NCBI GenBank assembly: GCA_020891255.1
Contig: BQFW01000012.1
Location: 1,364,001 to 1,428,000 of the forward strand
DNA: 64,000 nt
Source of the DNA: Entomortierella parvispora E1425
Lineage: Eukaryota; Fungi; Mortierellomycota
Direction: 5' to 3'
Of this stretch, positions 47,825-59,300 are shown piece by piece (positions within the stretch are counted from its first letter, which is position 1; each line of letters starts with the position of its first letter). The notes beneath the pieces were generated by a model. The model was given only the letters and a program-made list of their open reading frames with translations, ran no database searches and was not told the origin of the DNA. A program made the translations under genes and the position numbers.

Positions 47825-50086
47825 ATGTTTGCGGATTTTAGTCTTCTGTACATGGATTCGCGGACTATTCAGATCGTGGGCTCAAAGACGAAAGATGACT
47901 CGGTGCAGGACCTATGGTCCGAGAAGAAGAAAAAACATCGCCAGCCGTCAGCGACCACCAAGCACCCTATCCGTCAGCAAGAGCTCATCGAGTCTGGAAT
48001 AACAGCGGAGGCGGCGAGCGCGAACGCTCAGAAGGTAGATGCGACTCTGAAGGAAAAGTCAAGCCAACTGCGACAGCTTAACCGTTTAGTGGCGAAGCAA
48101 GCGCGCCAGCAGCAACTCCTCGCCAACAAACTTCGGGACACACTTGCTTCTCTAAAGAACACTGCTGTCTCTGAAGATGCACACAATGGCTCGACTTTTG
48201 TCGACGACCCCTTGGATGGAATGGGCACGGATGGTGGCACTTCAAAGTTAACGGCTGCGGATTCGCTCCAAAATTTGTACAGGGATTTTGACGATCAGCG
48301 ACAACTTGTCCAACAAACACGAGCATCAATATTCCCGCTCAACACCGAAGTCAAGGACCTAAAGGAGGAAAAATACGCCCTCAATAAGTTTTCAAAAGAC
48401 AGGAAAGGCGCGCCAACATCTACATCCTCACGTGCAAAGGGGAAACAAAGGTCGGATAAGAAGGCTGCTACTAGATCTACCACAAGCACCAAATCCGACA
48501 CGAGTATCACCAAGGGTCCTTCAGCAGAATCCTCGTACACGTCCACTCCGACTGTTAATCGCCCTGGCACCATGGACTATGTCGAGGCAACATGCATACG
48601 TCAACTCAAGAGAGAAATTGAGGATAACAACGCAACAAATAGCCGCAAGATAACGCTGGTCCCGGGGGGGACTGACCCAGGCGCCAAAGTTCTTTTTGAA
48701 ACCGTTATCGTCCCCGAGAGAACCCTTATCAAACTCCAGAATCGATACCACTTATTATCTGGAAAATTACTGGACTCGGATGAGGCAACTGCAGATCAGG
48801 CCGAGTTCGACAAAGCACTGGCTGGCAGCAGGGAGGAGGCTCTTGCGCAGATCAAAATACCCAAAACCCAGAAGACCACCGTTGGAAACATCCGGCACAT
48901 ATCGGGGCTCACGCGACAAGCAAAACAAAGAAAGACAGCCGTCAAAGGAAGCAAAGATATTGCGGCCATATATGATGAGCTTGGCGAACAGTCTGCTCAC
49001 AGAGCAAACACCACGGATGACCTCAAGATTGCTGCGGGCGTTCGGAGAAAGTCCTGGGACAAAGTTCGTGCCTTTGAGCTTTCAAATGCAAGAAAAAATA
49101 CAAGTCATAATGTTGAGCATCGGCTCCAAAGGGCATACGACTACTTTGCATCCAGGGAGCGACGCGAGTTCAAAAGAGTTGGTCAAGGTAAAACAATACC
49201 ATTCAAAAATGTGGCGCAGTTTATAGCTTCACGCTTCCATTATCTAACCAGATCTTTATTCCCGTCATGAATGCAATAGTCGAAGAGCCAATTCTTGAAA
49301 AGGTGCCCATCCAATCCAACGGCTTTTGCCCCTCCTGTAAAACTCATCACAGGCCGGAACTCATAAAGGACCCCCACGGGAAAGGAGCGCCTGGTGCTTA
49401 AACACCTAACGAACTGCCCAAAGACTTTACGTCGCGTCATACCGTTACATTTCCATGGAGCAGCTGGGATGGGTGTAGGTTCTCGGCTCAAGGGGAACGT
49501 AAAAATGGGTGGCAACAAGATCCCCCACCGTCACATGCAGCATGGGGCAGTTTGTAAAACAAACGAGAACAATACATCCAAGCGTTGTCCGTTTTGTTTC
49601 CAGTTCATACGACTTGCCCGAGGTCGCCGTCGGAAGAAGGGTACCTTGAAGCTTGTGAGGATCAATGGGGCGGTAGAGTGCACCAACCCGGAATGTATTT
49701 CCCACAAATGTGGGTATACCATTCGGGGGCGAGACGCCAACGCCGCCTTAAACATCGCAGTATCAGGGTACTCTCAGCTCACATCATCAGACAGAACAAC
49801 CCTTCGTCCTTTTGCAAGAACATCGCGACCTTGGTCGCAACCACTCCCCAACGTCGGCTCAAAGACCGAAGAAACTATCATCCAAATTCATCCAACCGGA
49901 TGCAAGGACGAATTGCGCTTGCCGCAACCTTACGTGAGTATCTTCAGGTCAAATTACACCGAAATCTTGTTACAATTATTTGGTCAGAGGTCTAATCCGT
50001 TTACTCTTGTTTTTTTTGTGACTGAAGACACCGTGAACGCGTTCAAGCTGTCTAAAACAAAACGTGACTGCGATCTGAATGTTTGA
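47825..50086 (+). mobile_element. Fanzor (eukaryotic TnpB-like RuvC nuclease) gene: spliced, one +1 frameshift, probably 5'-truncated
   Basis: RuvC-I GGTDPG (D 48674-76), intron 49188-49279, frameshift in C5 run 49371-75, RuvC-II TNENNTSKRC (E 49565-67), Zn finger CPFC...CTNPEC (49586-49696), RuvC-III RDANAALNI (D 49733-35). Reconstructed length about 720 aa. Confidence 0.85.
49900..50050 (+). ncRNA. Candidate omega-RNA scaffold / element right end (alternatively a 94-nt terminal intron)
   Basis: Stem TCTTCAG-G-TCA (49941-51) with TGA-CTGAAGA (50019-28) encloses a CCGAAAT...ATTTGG hairpin; palindrome TGAACGCGTTCA at 50034-45. The position 3' of RuvC-III fits omega-RNAs, but GTGAGT/CTAAT/AAG intron signals overlap it. 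Confidence 0.3.
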
Positions 50087-50092
50087 GCGCGT
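50037..50092 (+). promoter_or_regulatory. MCB-like elements ACGCGT (50037-42) and GCGCGT (50087-92) upstream of TOP2
   Basis: Both lie within 170 bp of the TOP2 ATG and are followed by a CT-rich leader. Function inferred. Confidence 0.4.
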
Positions 50093-50205
50093 CCGCTGTT
50101 TGTCTCTCTGAAAGAGGCTCATTCCCCCTTCTTCTCCTCTCGACATCCCACTCCTCACCTCATTCATACCCCCCTTCGTGCTGGCATCTCCCCTGAACCA
50201 ACACA

Positions 50206-53200
50206 ATGTCGGATAGCGAGGGTGATAACTTTGCCATGTCGCAGGACGAGTATGAGAGCGACGACTATGCTCCCATCTTCTCGAAAAAGGTACACATCGC
50301 ACACGCATGGGCCCATCATGTCAATAATGTCAATAGTGCAGTCCAGCAATCAGCATCTCGGCCCGCAAGCAATGTATAAAGTCTAACCCCCTCTGATGGC
50401 TTGATGTTTTTTTAGACCGCTGCTGCCCCAAAACCCAAGGCTGCTGCAAAAAAGACCCCTGCTGCCGCAAAACCCAAGGCTACCAAGGCAGGCAACGGAT
50501 CGAGCGGCGCTACCGCGTCAAAGAAGCGCAAGCTGAGCAATGACAGCGATGTAGACGATGGCTCCGATAATGATGCGGATGATGTCACACCACCACCCCA
50601 AAAGACTCTAAAAAAACAACACTCAGACTTTAACGAGGACAAGACGATCGAGGAGATGTACCAGAAAAAGACACCTCTCGAACATATTCTCTTGCGACCG
50701 GATACCTATATTGGAACGACAGAAATGAACCAAGAGTCCCTCTGGGTTCTCGATCCCGACTCTACAAAGTTTGTCAACCGACCCGTCAACATTGTCCCTG
50801 GCTTGTACAAGATTGTCGACGAGATCATTGTGAACGCCGCTGATAACAAGGTAGGTCTTGAGCCTCTGGCGCACTTCATTTGCTGACATGTCAACACCTT
50901 ATAATATTATGACCGAAGTCTAATTATTTTACCTGCCATTTTGCGGATGTTGTCTACAGATTCGGGATCACACCATGGATACCATCAAGATCGAGATTGA
51001 CAAAGAGAATGGCATGATTTCAGTTTACAACAACGGACAGGGAATTCCAGTAGAAATTCACAAGAAGGAGGGATGCTATGTCCCAGAACTCATTTTCGGA
51101 CACCTCTTGACCTCTTCCAACTATGATGACACACAAAAAAAGGTCACAGGAGGACGCAATGGATATGGTGCCAAGCTGTGCAACATTTTCAGCAAGGAGT
51201 TTATTGTGGAGACTGCCGACAAGAAGAACGAATTGGTCTATAAGCAGGTCTTCACCAACAACATGTCAAAGACTGGAAAGCCAAAAATCACACCCATGAA
51301 GAAGAAGGACGAGTACACAAAGATTTCTTTCAAACCCGACTTTGAAAGGTTCAACATGGAGGCCATCGATGCAGATCTGGAAGCTCTCCTCAAGAAGCGT
51401 GCCTATGATTTGGCTGGATGCGTCAAAGGTGTGAAGGTCTTCCTGAATGGCGAGCGCATCAAAATCAAGAACTTCCGAGAGTACATTGACATGTACATTC
51501 CTGTACCGGCCGAAGGCGAGGAAAAGATCAAGGTCATCTACGATTCACCCAACGACCGATGGGAGATTGCCTGTATTCCCAGTGAGGGACAATTCACCCA
51601 AGTCAGTTTCGTCAACAGTATTTCGACATCCAAAGGAGGCGTTCATGTGGACTATGTCGCCAGTCAGATCGTGAAGGAGTTGGTGGCAACAGTCAAGAAA
51701 AAGTCAAAGTCGGCGACGATCAAGCCTCACCATATCAAGAGTCATATGTGGGTGTTTGTCAACTGTTTGATTGAGAACCCGGCTTTCAACTCTCAAACCA
51801 AGGAAACCATGACCTTGAAGCAGTCATCCTTTGGATCCAAATGCGAACTCAGCGAAAAGTTTATCAAGGACATTGTCAAGTCGCCCATCATTGACGGCGT
51901 TGTCAGCTTGGCGGCTTTTAAGGATTCACAGGCGCTGAAGAAAACCGACGGCACGACTAGAAGCAAAATCATTGATATCCCCAAGCTTGAAGATGCTCAC
52001 AAGGCTGGACCTCGTGGCAAACAGTGTACTCTCATCTTGACTGAGGGAGACTCTGCAAAGACCTTGGTCATGGCTGGTTTCAGTGTCATTGGACGTGACC
52101 ACTTTGGAGTGTTCCCCCTTCGAGGAAAGCTGCTGAATGTCCGAGATACACCCACTGCCGCTGTCATTGCCAACAAGGAGATCGGGTACATTAAGCGAAT
52201 TTTGGGACTCAAGCAGGGCAAGGTCTACACGAGCGTGGACGAGTTGCGTTATGGACATCTTATGATTATGACCGATCAGGATCACGATGGATCTCATATC
52301 AAGGGTCTTGTCATCAATTTCCTGGACCACCACTATCCTTCGCTGCTCAAGGTTCCTGGATTTTTGGTGGAGTTTATTACACCCATTGTCAAGGCCACTA
52401 AGGGCAACCAAAAGAAATCATTCTTTACCATCCCCGAGTACGAGGCATGGAAGGAGTCTCAGGATGGTGCAAAGGGATGGAGAATTAAATACTACAAGGG
52501 TTTGGGAACAAGTACCAAAGAGGATGCTAAGGATTACTTCAGTCAAATGGACCTCCATAAGAAGCAATTTGCTCCTTCAAACGACGAGGCCCGCGCTTTG
52601 GTGGACATGGCCTTTAGCAAGAAGAAGGCGGACGAGCGTAAAGAGTGGCTCAGTCGATTCCAGGTATAGCGAGTTCCCACTTGACATTTTGACGATGAGT
52701 CTAGTGCAATCGAAGTGCTTACCTAACTTTGTACCCTCTCTCTTCTGTGACTTTAGCCTGGCACCTTCCTTGATACCCGTATCGACAGGATCCCAATTGA
52801 GGACTTTATCAACAAGGAGCTGATCCTTTTCTCCATGGCCGACAACATTCGTTCGATTCCATCCATGGTCGATGGTCTCAAACCAGGACAGCGTAAAGTT
52901 ATCTTTGGTGCGTTCAAGAAAAAGATTCCAGGAGAACTAAAGGTAAAGCATGCCGTAAACACTATTTCAACTGTACCATTATTGGCTCATGAGCAAATGC
53001 TAATCGATGCCATCCATTTAAATTAGGTTGCCCAACTGGCTGGATATGTGTCTGAAAAATCAGCATACCATCACGGAGAGCAGAGTTTGACCATGACGAT
53101 TGTTGGTCTGGCCCAGGACTTTGTTGGTAGCAACAACGTCAACCTGTTGTCGCCAAGGGGTCAGTTCGGTAGTAGAATGCAAGGTGGTAAGGATGCTGCT

Positions 53201-55742
53201 AGTGCTCGTTATATTTTCACGGCCGTGCCTCCTATTACCCGTCGTGTGTTCCACCCTCAGGATGACGCACTTCTGACATATCTCAACGATGATGGTGACT
53301 GGATTGAGCCCGAGTGGTACTTGCCTGTCCTTCCCATGGTTTTGGTTAACGGATCCGAGGGTATCGGTACTGGATGGAGTTCAAGCATCCCCAACTACAA
53401 TCCCGCCGATATCATTGCCAACATTCGGAGAATCATGAAGTCCGAGCCTCAAGTTCCAATGCTGCCATGGTACCGTGGCTTTGTTGGCAAGATTGAAAAA
53501 GAAACCGAGCACAAGTACAAAGTATCTGGATTGATCGAGGAGCTGGATGAGACCAGAATCAAGATCTCGGAGCTCCCTATTCGAACCTGGACTACGCCCT
53601 ACAAGGAGCAGATCGAGTCCTGGATTCAGGGTTCGGACAAAGCCCCTTCTTGGATCAAGGACTATCGTGACGATGGAACGTTGACCAGAATTGACCTTAC
53701 CGTGACTCTGACTGAGGAGCAGATGCGTAAGGCACGCCACGAGGGCTTGGAGTCCAAGTTCAAGCTTGTAAGCTCTGTGTCAACCTCCAACATGGTTTGC
53801 TTTGATCCTCAAGGCCGTATCAAGAAGTACTCTACTCCGGAAGAAATTGTGCAAGAGTTTTATGACCTTCGTCTGGAGTACTACAGAAAGCGCAAGGTTG
53901 GTCTCTTGTCTTTTGTACCAATTGCCATTGTGCCATGGACTCGGAATGTATTCTTACTTCCGTTTTATTCTATGTTTGCTCTAGGACTACCTTGTCGACG
54001 TCTACACCAAGCAGTGGACTCGCATGGACAACAAGGCTCGCTTTATCACGATGATTATCTCTGGGCAACTCATTGTCCAGAACCGCAAGAAGGCTGTCAT
54101 TGTGGAGGACCTTCGCGCCCATGGCTTCAATTCTGTATCAGAGTTGGATGTCGATACTGAAACGGTGCCAGAAGCAGCAGAACTCCCAGATGCAGCCCTG
54201 CCCAAGATCAAGGTCGACAAGGGCAACGAGTTTGATTACCTCTTGAAGATGCCCATTTGGAGCTTGACATTCGAGAAGGGTGAGGAGCTCCGAAAGGAGC
54301 GTGATCTCAAGAAACAAGAACTTAGCATTTTGATCGACAAGAGTCCAGTGGACCTTTGGAACGAGGACCTTGACGCCTTCACTGTGGCCTGGGAGGAGGT
54401 CTTGCAGGCGGATATTGAGGAGGAAGCCTACCAGGGTGTTGGAAGCAGAGGCAAAAAGCTCCCGGCTGCTCGAGGACGTGCGGTCGCAGCCAAACCTGCA
54501 GTCAAGAAGATGGACTTGGATGATGACGATTTCGAAGAGACCAAGCCCAAAAAGTCGCTGGCCGTCAAGAAGCCCGCGCCTGTTGTTAAGAAGGAGTCAG
54601 AGGTCGTCAAGACCGCCATCAAGCAAGAGCCTATCAATAGTTTCTTTGGAAAGTCTGCCACTGCAGCGGCTTCGGAGGAAGCACCTGTTGCAAGTTCGTC
54701 TGTACAAAAGAAGCAACAGTCGATTGTGGACATGATGAAGCCGAAGCCAGCCGCCAAGCCTGCCCCAGTCAAGGAAGAGATCAAAAGTGAAGACGAAGAA
54801 GCCCCTGTCAAGGTGAACAAGCGAGGCAATGGTCGTGCCAGGAAGATTGTCTCGGACGATGACCATGATGATGATGACGACGATGACCATGACGATAGCG
54901 ACGTAGAGATGGAGGAGGTAGAGGTGGCCCCCCGTGCGCCTTCCTCGCGGGCCAGAGCTGCACGCGCCAAACGACCAGTTATCGTCGACGACGAGTCTGA
55001 GTTTGAGGAAGATGAGGATGACTTTTTGCCAGTCTCGCCACGCAAGATGAGCAAGAATTTGCAGCCAGAATCAAAGGCAGCGGGCAAGAAGACAGGAGCC
55101 ACTGCTGCAGCCGCCAAGCCCAGAGCGCGAGCCAGTACGGAAATCAAAAAGATGTTCTCACTGTCAAATGACACTGATGAGGACATGGAGGAAGATGATA
55201 ATGACGACAAGCAGGACAAGAAGGACAAGGAAGAGAACAGAGTCTCTGGTGCGGACGAGTCTGGGTCCGATCGCGAGAGCGGATCGGCGCGTTCGTCAGT
55301 GTCACGCACGATGGTTCCTCCGGCCATTGTGGATGAAGATGATGACTCTATGTTCTCTATCACGGCCCCATCCAAGGTCTCGCAGGTCAAGAAGCGCTCT
55401 GTGCTTCAGAGTCGATTGCCAAAGTCTGGGAGCACGAGTAGCAGCGGTGGTGGCTCTGGACTTGAATCCTCTCCCAGTGGCAGCGGCGGTGGATCGAGCT
55501 TTGTGACGGAAGTGTGTCTTCCGATGAGCTTTTCCACATCTGTCACGTCGACGGGAGCTGTAGCGGGAGCTAAGACGTTGAACGCAGGATCGTCTGGACA
55601 AGCCAAGGCAGCCAAGCCGGTGGCGAGCTCACTGCTGGCCGACTTGGAGGACGTGTCCAATATTGTGTCGCGACCCAAGATTGGCCGAACAACGTCCAAG
55701 TCCAAGAAGCCGATGTACGTCGATATCAGTGACGACGAGTAG
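50206..55742 (+). CDS. TOP2: DNA topoisomerase II
   Basis: YQKKTPLEHILLRPDTYIG, EIIVNAADNK, GGRNGYGAKL, TLILTEGDSAK, PLRGKLLNV, MTDQDHDGSHIKG, YYKGLGTS, DGLKPGQRK, YHHGE, AASARYIFT and a long acidic/basic CTD. Confidence 0.98.
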
Positions 55743-55893
55743 AGGAAGGAAGAATACTGCACGATGATAATAATGATGCCCTATTCAAGACGACGCGTGC
55801 TTTTATTGCATTCCAGTCTAGCAGTCTAGCAGAGCTACCGACGTCCCAAAAAATAATAAACGTGTTTACCAGAGAGAAAGAAAGAAAAGAGGG

Positions 55894-55933
<40 letters not shown>

Positions 55934-56387
55934 TGAAAGAAGCTCGCAGAAAAACAGCGTGGATTATTTGTTGGGGTGTTGCGTGATTGACGGATTTGGG
56001 TTCGCGTGGGAGAGGGAGGAAAAAGAAGCGGGGTGCAACGGTCGGTCTCCTCGCGTGCAAATCAGACAGCAGCCAGCGAAGCAGGAACAGCGCTTTCGTC
56101 GCACAGACAACAGGAACAGCGGCGATTTGATTGATCTCTCGCAGTGTGAGAGTGAACAGTGCTTTTTTTCTTGCCTTGGCTGGATGACATGTGCGTTCTA
56201 TCTCGCTCTAGACGCTACTCCACTCCCGTCTTCTCTCTCTCCCTCTCTCTCTTCTCCTCCCTTCTCTCTCTCTTCTTTCTCCCTTTCATTCCTCCATTCC
56301 GCTCCTTCACTCCCTCGCGTGCATCCCAATTCTCTTTCGTTTCTCGATCCCAGGAACATCAGACTAACGCGCATCCGCTCTCAAGGA

Positions 56388-59300
56388 ATGGACACCGAGA
56401 TCCGCAACCGGAAGCAGGGCTCGGCCGAATCGGCCTCCTCCCCTCATGGCATCTCCACCGCCAACAAGATCCTGGCCTCAGCCGCCACCAACTCGACCAC
56501 TGCTCAGCCCGACTCGGCCTCTGGTCGCTCGAGCGAGGATGACTCTGGTCATCCCCTCACAGACTCGCAAAAGAAGAGCCTGGCTCAGGAGCAGGAGCAG
56601 GCTGCCTTTGGCAAGACCCCAAACGGAACCAGTATGTGTCTCAACCCTAACTCACCTTGTCCCTACGGGGATGCTTGCATGCTCGCATGCATTATCGACC
56701 CTAGACTAAACAGGAAGCTCTTGACCTGACCCATATGTCGATTCTTTGTTCTTCTTCTTTTCCTATCTGTCTTATTCTCGCTGTCTTTCCACCAGTCTTC
56801 CGGGTGCCTGCTACCAAGGATATGCTGAGCGAGATCTTCGACATGAGCAAGAAAAAGTCGGCCTTTGACATCTTGACCCTGGCCGTCATGGGCTTCCAGA
56901 TCTTCTTGTTCTTTACTCTCCCCACCGGTGTGAAGCGCTTCTTGTTTTTGGTCCTGTTCTTGTTCTGGAGAGCTGGATACAATGCTGGATTGGGATACCT
57001 CCTGAAGCTCCAGAGTGAGCGCCGAGGATTGGTGGCGTGGGCCAAGGAGAAGGGCATCTTTGACAAGCAGCGTGGAGGTGCTTGGTACGACTGGCTGAAG
57101 GTCGAGTTGAGCTGCAAGATGGATTCTGACTATGACTTTGAGGCAAGTGGTTCTCTCTTTCACTACTTCTCCCTGCAAACTCTCTCAATGGATGGCCTAT
57201 GTTTGTTTTCATTTGGCTAACCTCAGGCCCTCAACTGCTTTCTATCCAGACTGCCCCTATCGAGTTCAACACCTGGTTGCTTTACCGTCAATTGGTCGAC
57301 CTGATCTTGATGAACGACTTTACAACCTATGTCTGCTTTGCTCTCTCCTGGATCACTTTCCCCGCTGGCGCTGGCTTCTTCAGCCATTTACTCCGTTGGG
57401 TGGCTGGATTCATCTTGGTCTTTTTCAACATCTGGGTCAAGTTGGATGCTCATCGCGTTGTCAAGGACTTTGCCTGGTGTAAGTACAAGATAAATGCAAT
57501 ATCTCTGTTGGAGATACCTACGTGTCAAGCTGAGCATCGGGACTTTCATATGTTTCTAACCCCACACTTTTATGCACCGTTTTTCAAACTCCTCACCTTG
57601 TAGACTGGGGCGACTTTTTCTTCTTGATTGAGCAGTCCTTAACCTTTGACGGCGTTTTTGAGATGGCGCCCCACCCTATGTACTCTGTCGGCTACGCTGG
57701 ATACTATGGAATCTCGCTGATGATGGCTTCCTACATGGTGCTCTTTGTCTCGCTCTTTGCTCACGCCGCCCAATTTGTCTTCTTGACCCTTGTCGAGAAT
57801 CCTCGTAAGTTTATATTTGAACAAGATTTTGGTGCGTGCACAATTAACCCTTTCTGACTACTAATCACCATCTCGTATCGTCTGGCACGGTAGACATTGA
57901 CAAGACTTATAACCCTCCTCAGATCTTGAAGAAGAGCCAATCGGCCAACTTGGCAGAGGCTGCTTTGACCTCGTCCGCCGCATCCATTTCCTCGGAACCT
58001 TCGGAGGCCAAGCCTGTCGTGGACAGCACCTTGGCCCCCGTTGGATCCAAGGACATGTACAACACCTATTTCAGACGGGATCTCATTGTGTTCAAGAACT
58101 TTGACATCTTCCGGTCCAATGATATCTTTGTGGCGCTCATCATCTTTTACGCAACTATTGTCCCTCTCTTGATCTCCAACACTGGCCCACGCTTCCTGAC
58201 TTTTATGATGGTGATCCAGGCTCTTTTTTGGCGTATCTTCCATTCCTACGTCCTCGGAGGTGTCTTGAAGCAGCAGAGCGACAACAAGTTCTATACCAAG
58301 CACTTTATCAAGCATGGTGGCACCGCCCAGGATGCGTTCCAGAGCTGGAAGAGCATCTTTAACCTGTCCAACAGCATGACATATGCCACATTCTTCTTGG
58401 CTGCGTTCAAGATGTACTCTATCCCCGATAACTGGACTTATGGAACTGTCCTCCTCCGCCATGTCCTCGGACTGGCCTTGATTGCTCTCCACATCTGGGC
58501 CTCTGTGTCTGTCTTTGAAGTGCTCGGAGACTTTGGCTGGTTCTATGGCGATTTCTTCATGGAGGAGTCCTCTAGTGGTTTGTTTTACACTGGCATTTAC
58601 AGGTGTGTGAACTGGGCGTGTGCTGATTGCTTGAGTCGGGAGGGGACAAAAAAACTGCACTGTCATTCTTACATGTTTTTTCCTGAATACGCACTCTTTT
58701 TAGATTCGTCAACAACCCCGAGAAGGTTATGGGTCATGCTGCATTCTGGGGAATGACTTTGATTTGCAACAGTTGGTCAATCTTTGTCCTCGCCATGTTT
58801 TCGCAAGTGTCCAACTTTTTGTTTTTGCACTATGTGGAATCCCCCCACATGCGTAAGATCTATGGTGACAAGATTCGAAAGGATGCTGGTGTGGTCAAGA
58901 CTGTCAAGGCAGCTTCAATCCTTCCTCAGAAGATGAAGGACGAGGTCTCTAAGATCCGTGAGAAACTTGAGGAGACGCTAGAGATCAAGGATGTTCTGGA
59001 GCGCACCCGTGCTGTTTCAGGCAAGGCCCAAGATTTCGTAGAAGGAACGCGTGGTGACTTGAACGACTTGGTGCAGAGCGTCGCACCTCGCATTCAAGAA
59101 ATGGTCTCTAACTCCAAAGCCCTGCTTGAAAGTTCTCGGGAGAAGCTTATTGTCGCGTCAGTCCCTTTTTTATGCTTTCGTGGTCTTGATTTCCATTTTT
59201 CTCTCTTTTCATTAACGGCCAACTGCCTTACTTGACATTAACCTGATAGTCGTACTTGGGATGACATGGGCGTGTACGATATGTCACAGTACTCCATCAA

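Noticed and set aside
54428-55390. 320-aa minus-strand Ser-rich ORF
   Set aside because: Antisense to the acidic TOP2 C-terminal domain.
45047-55742. Functional DNA-metabolism cluster (photolyase, Fanzor, TOP2)
   Set aside because: Adjacency of unrelated eukaryotic housekeeping genes gives no evidence of a shared system.
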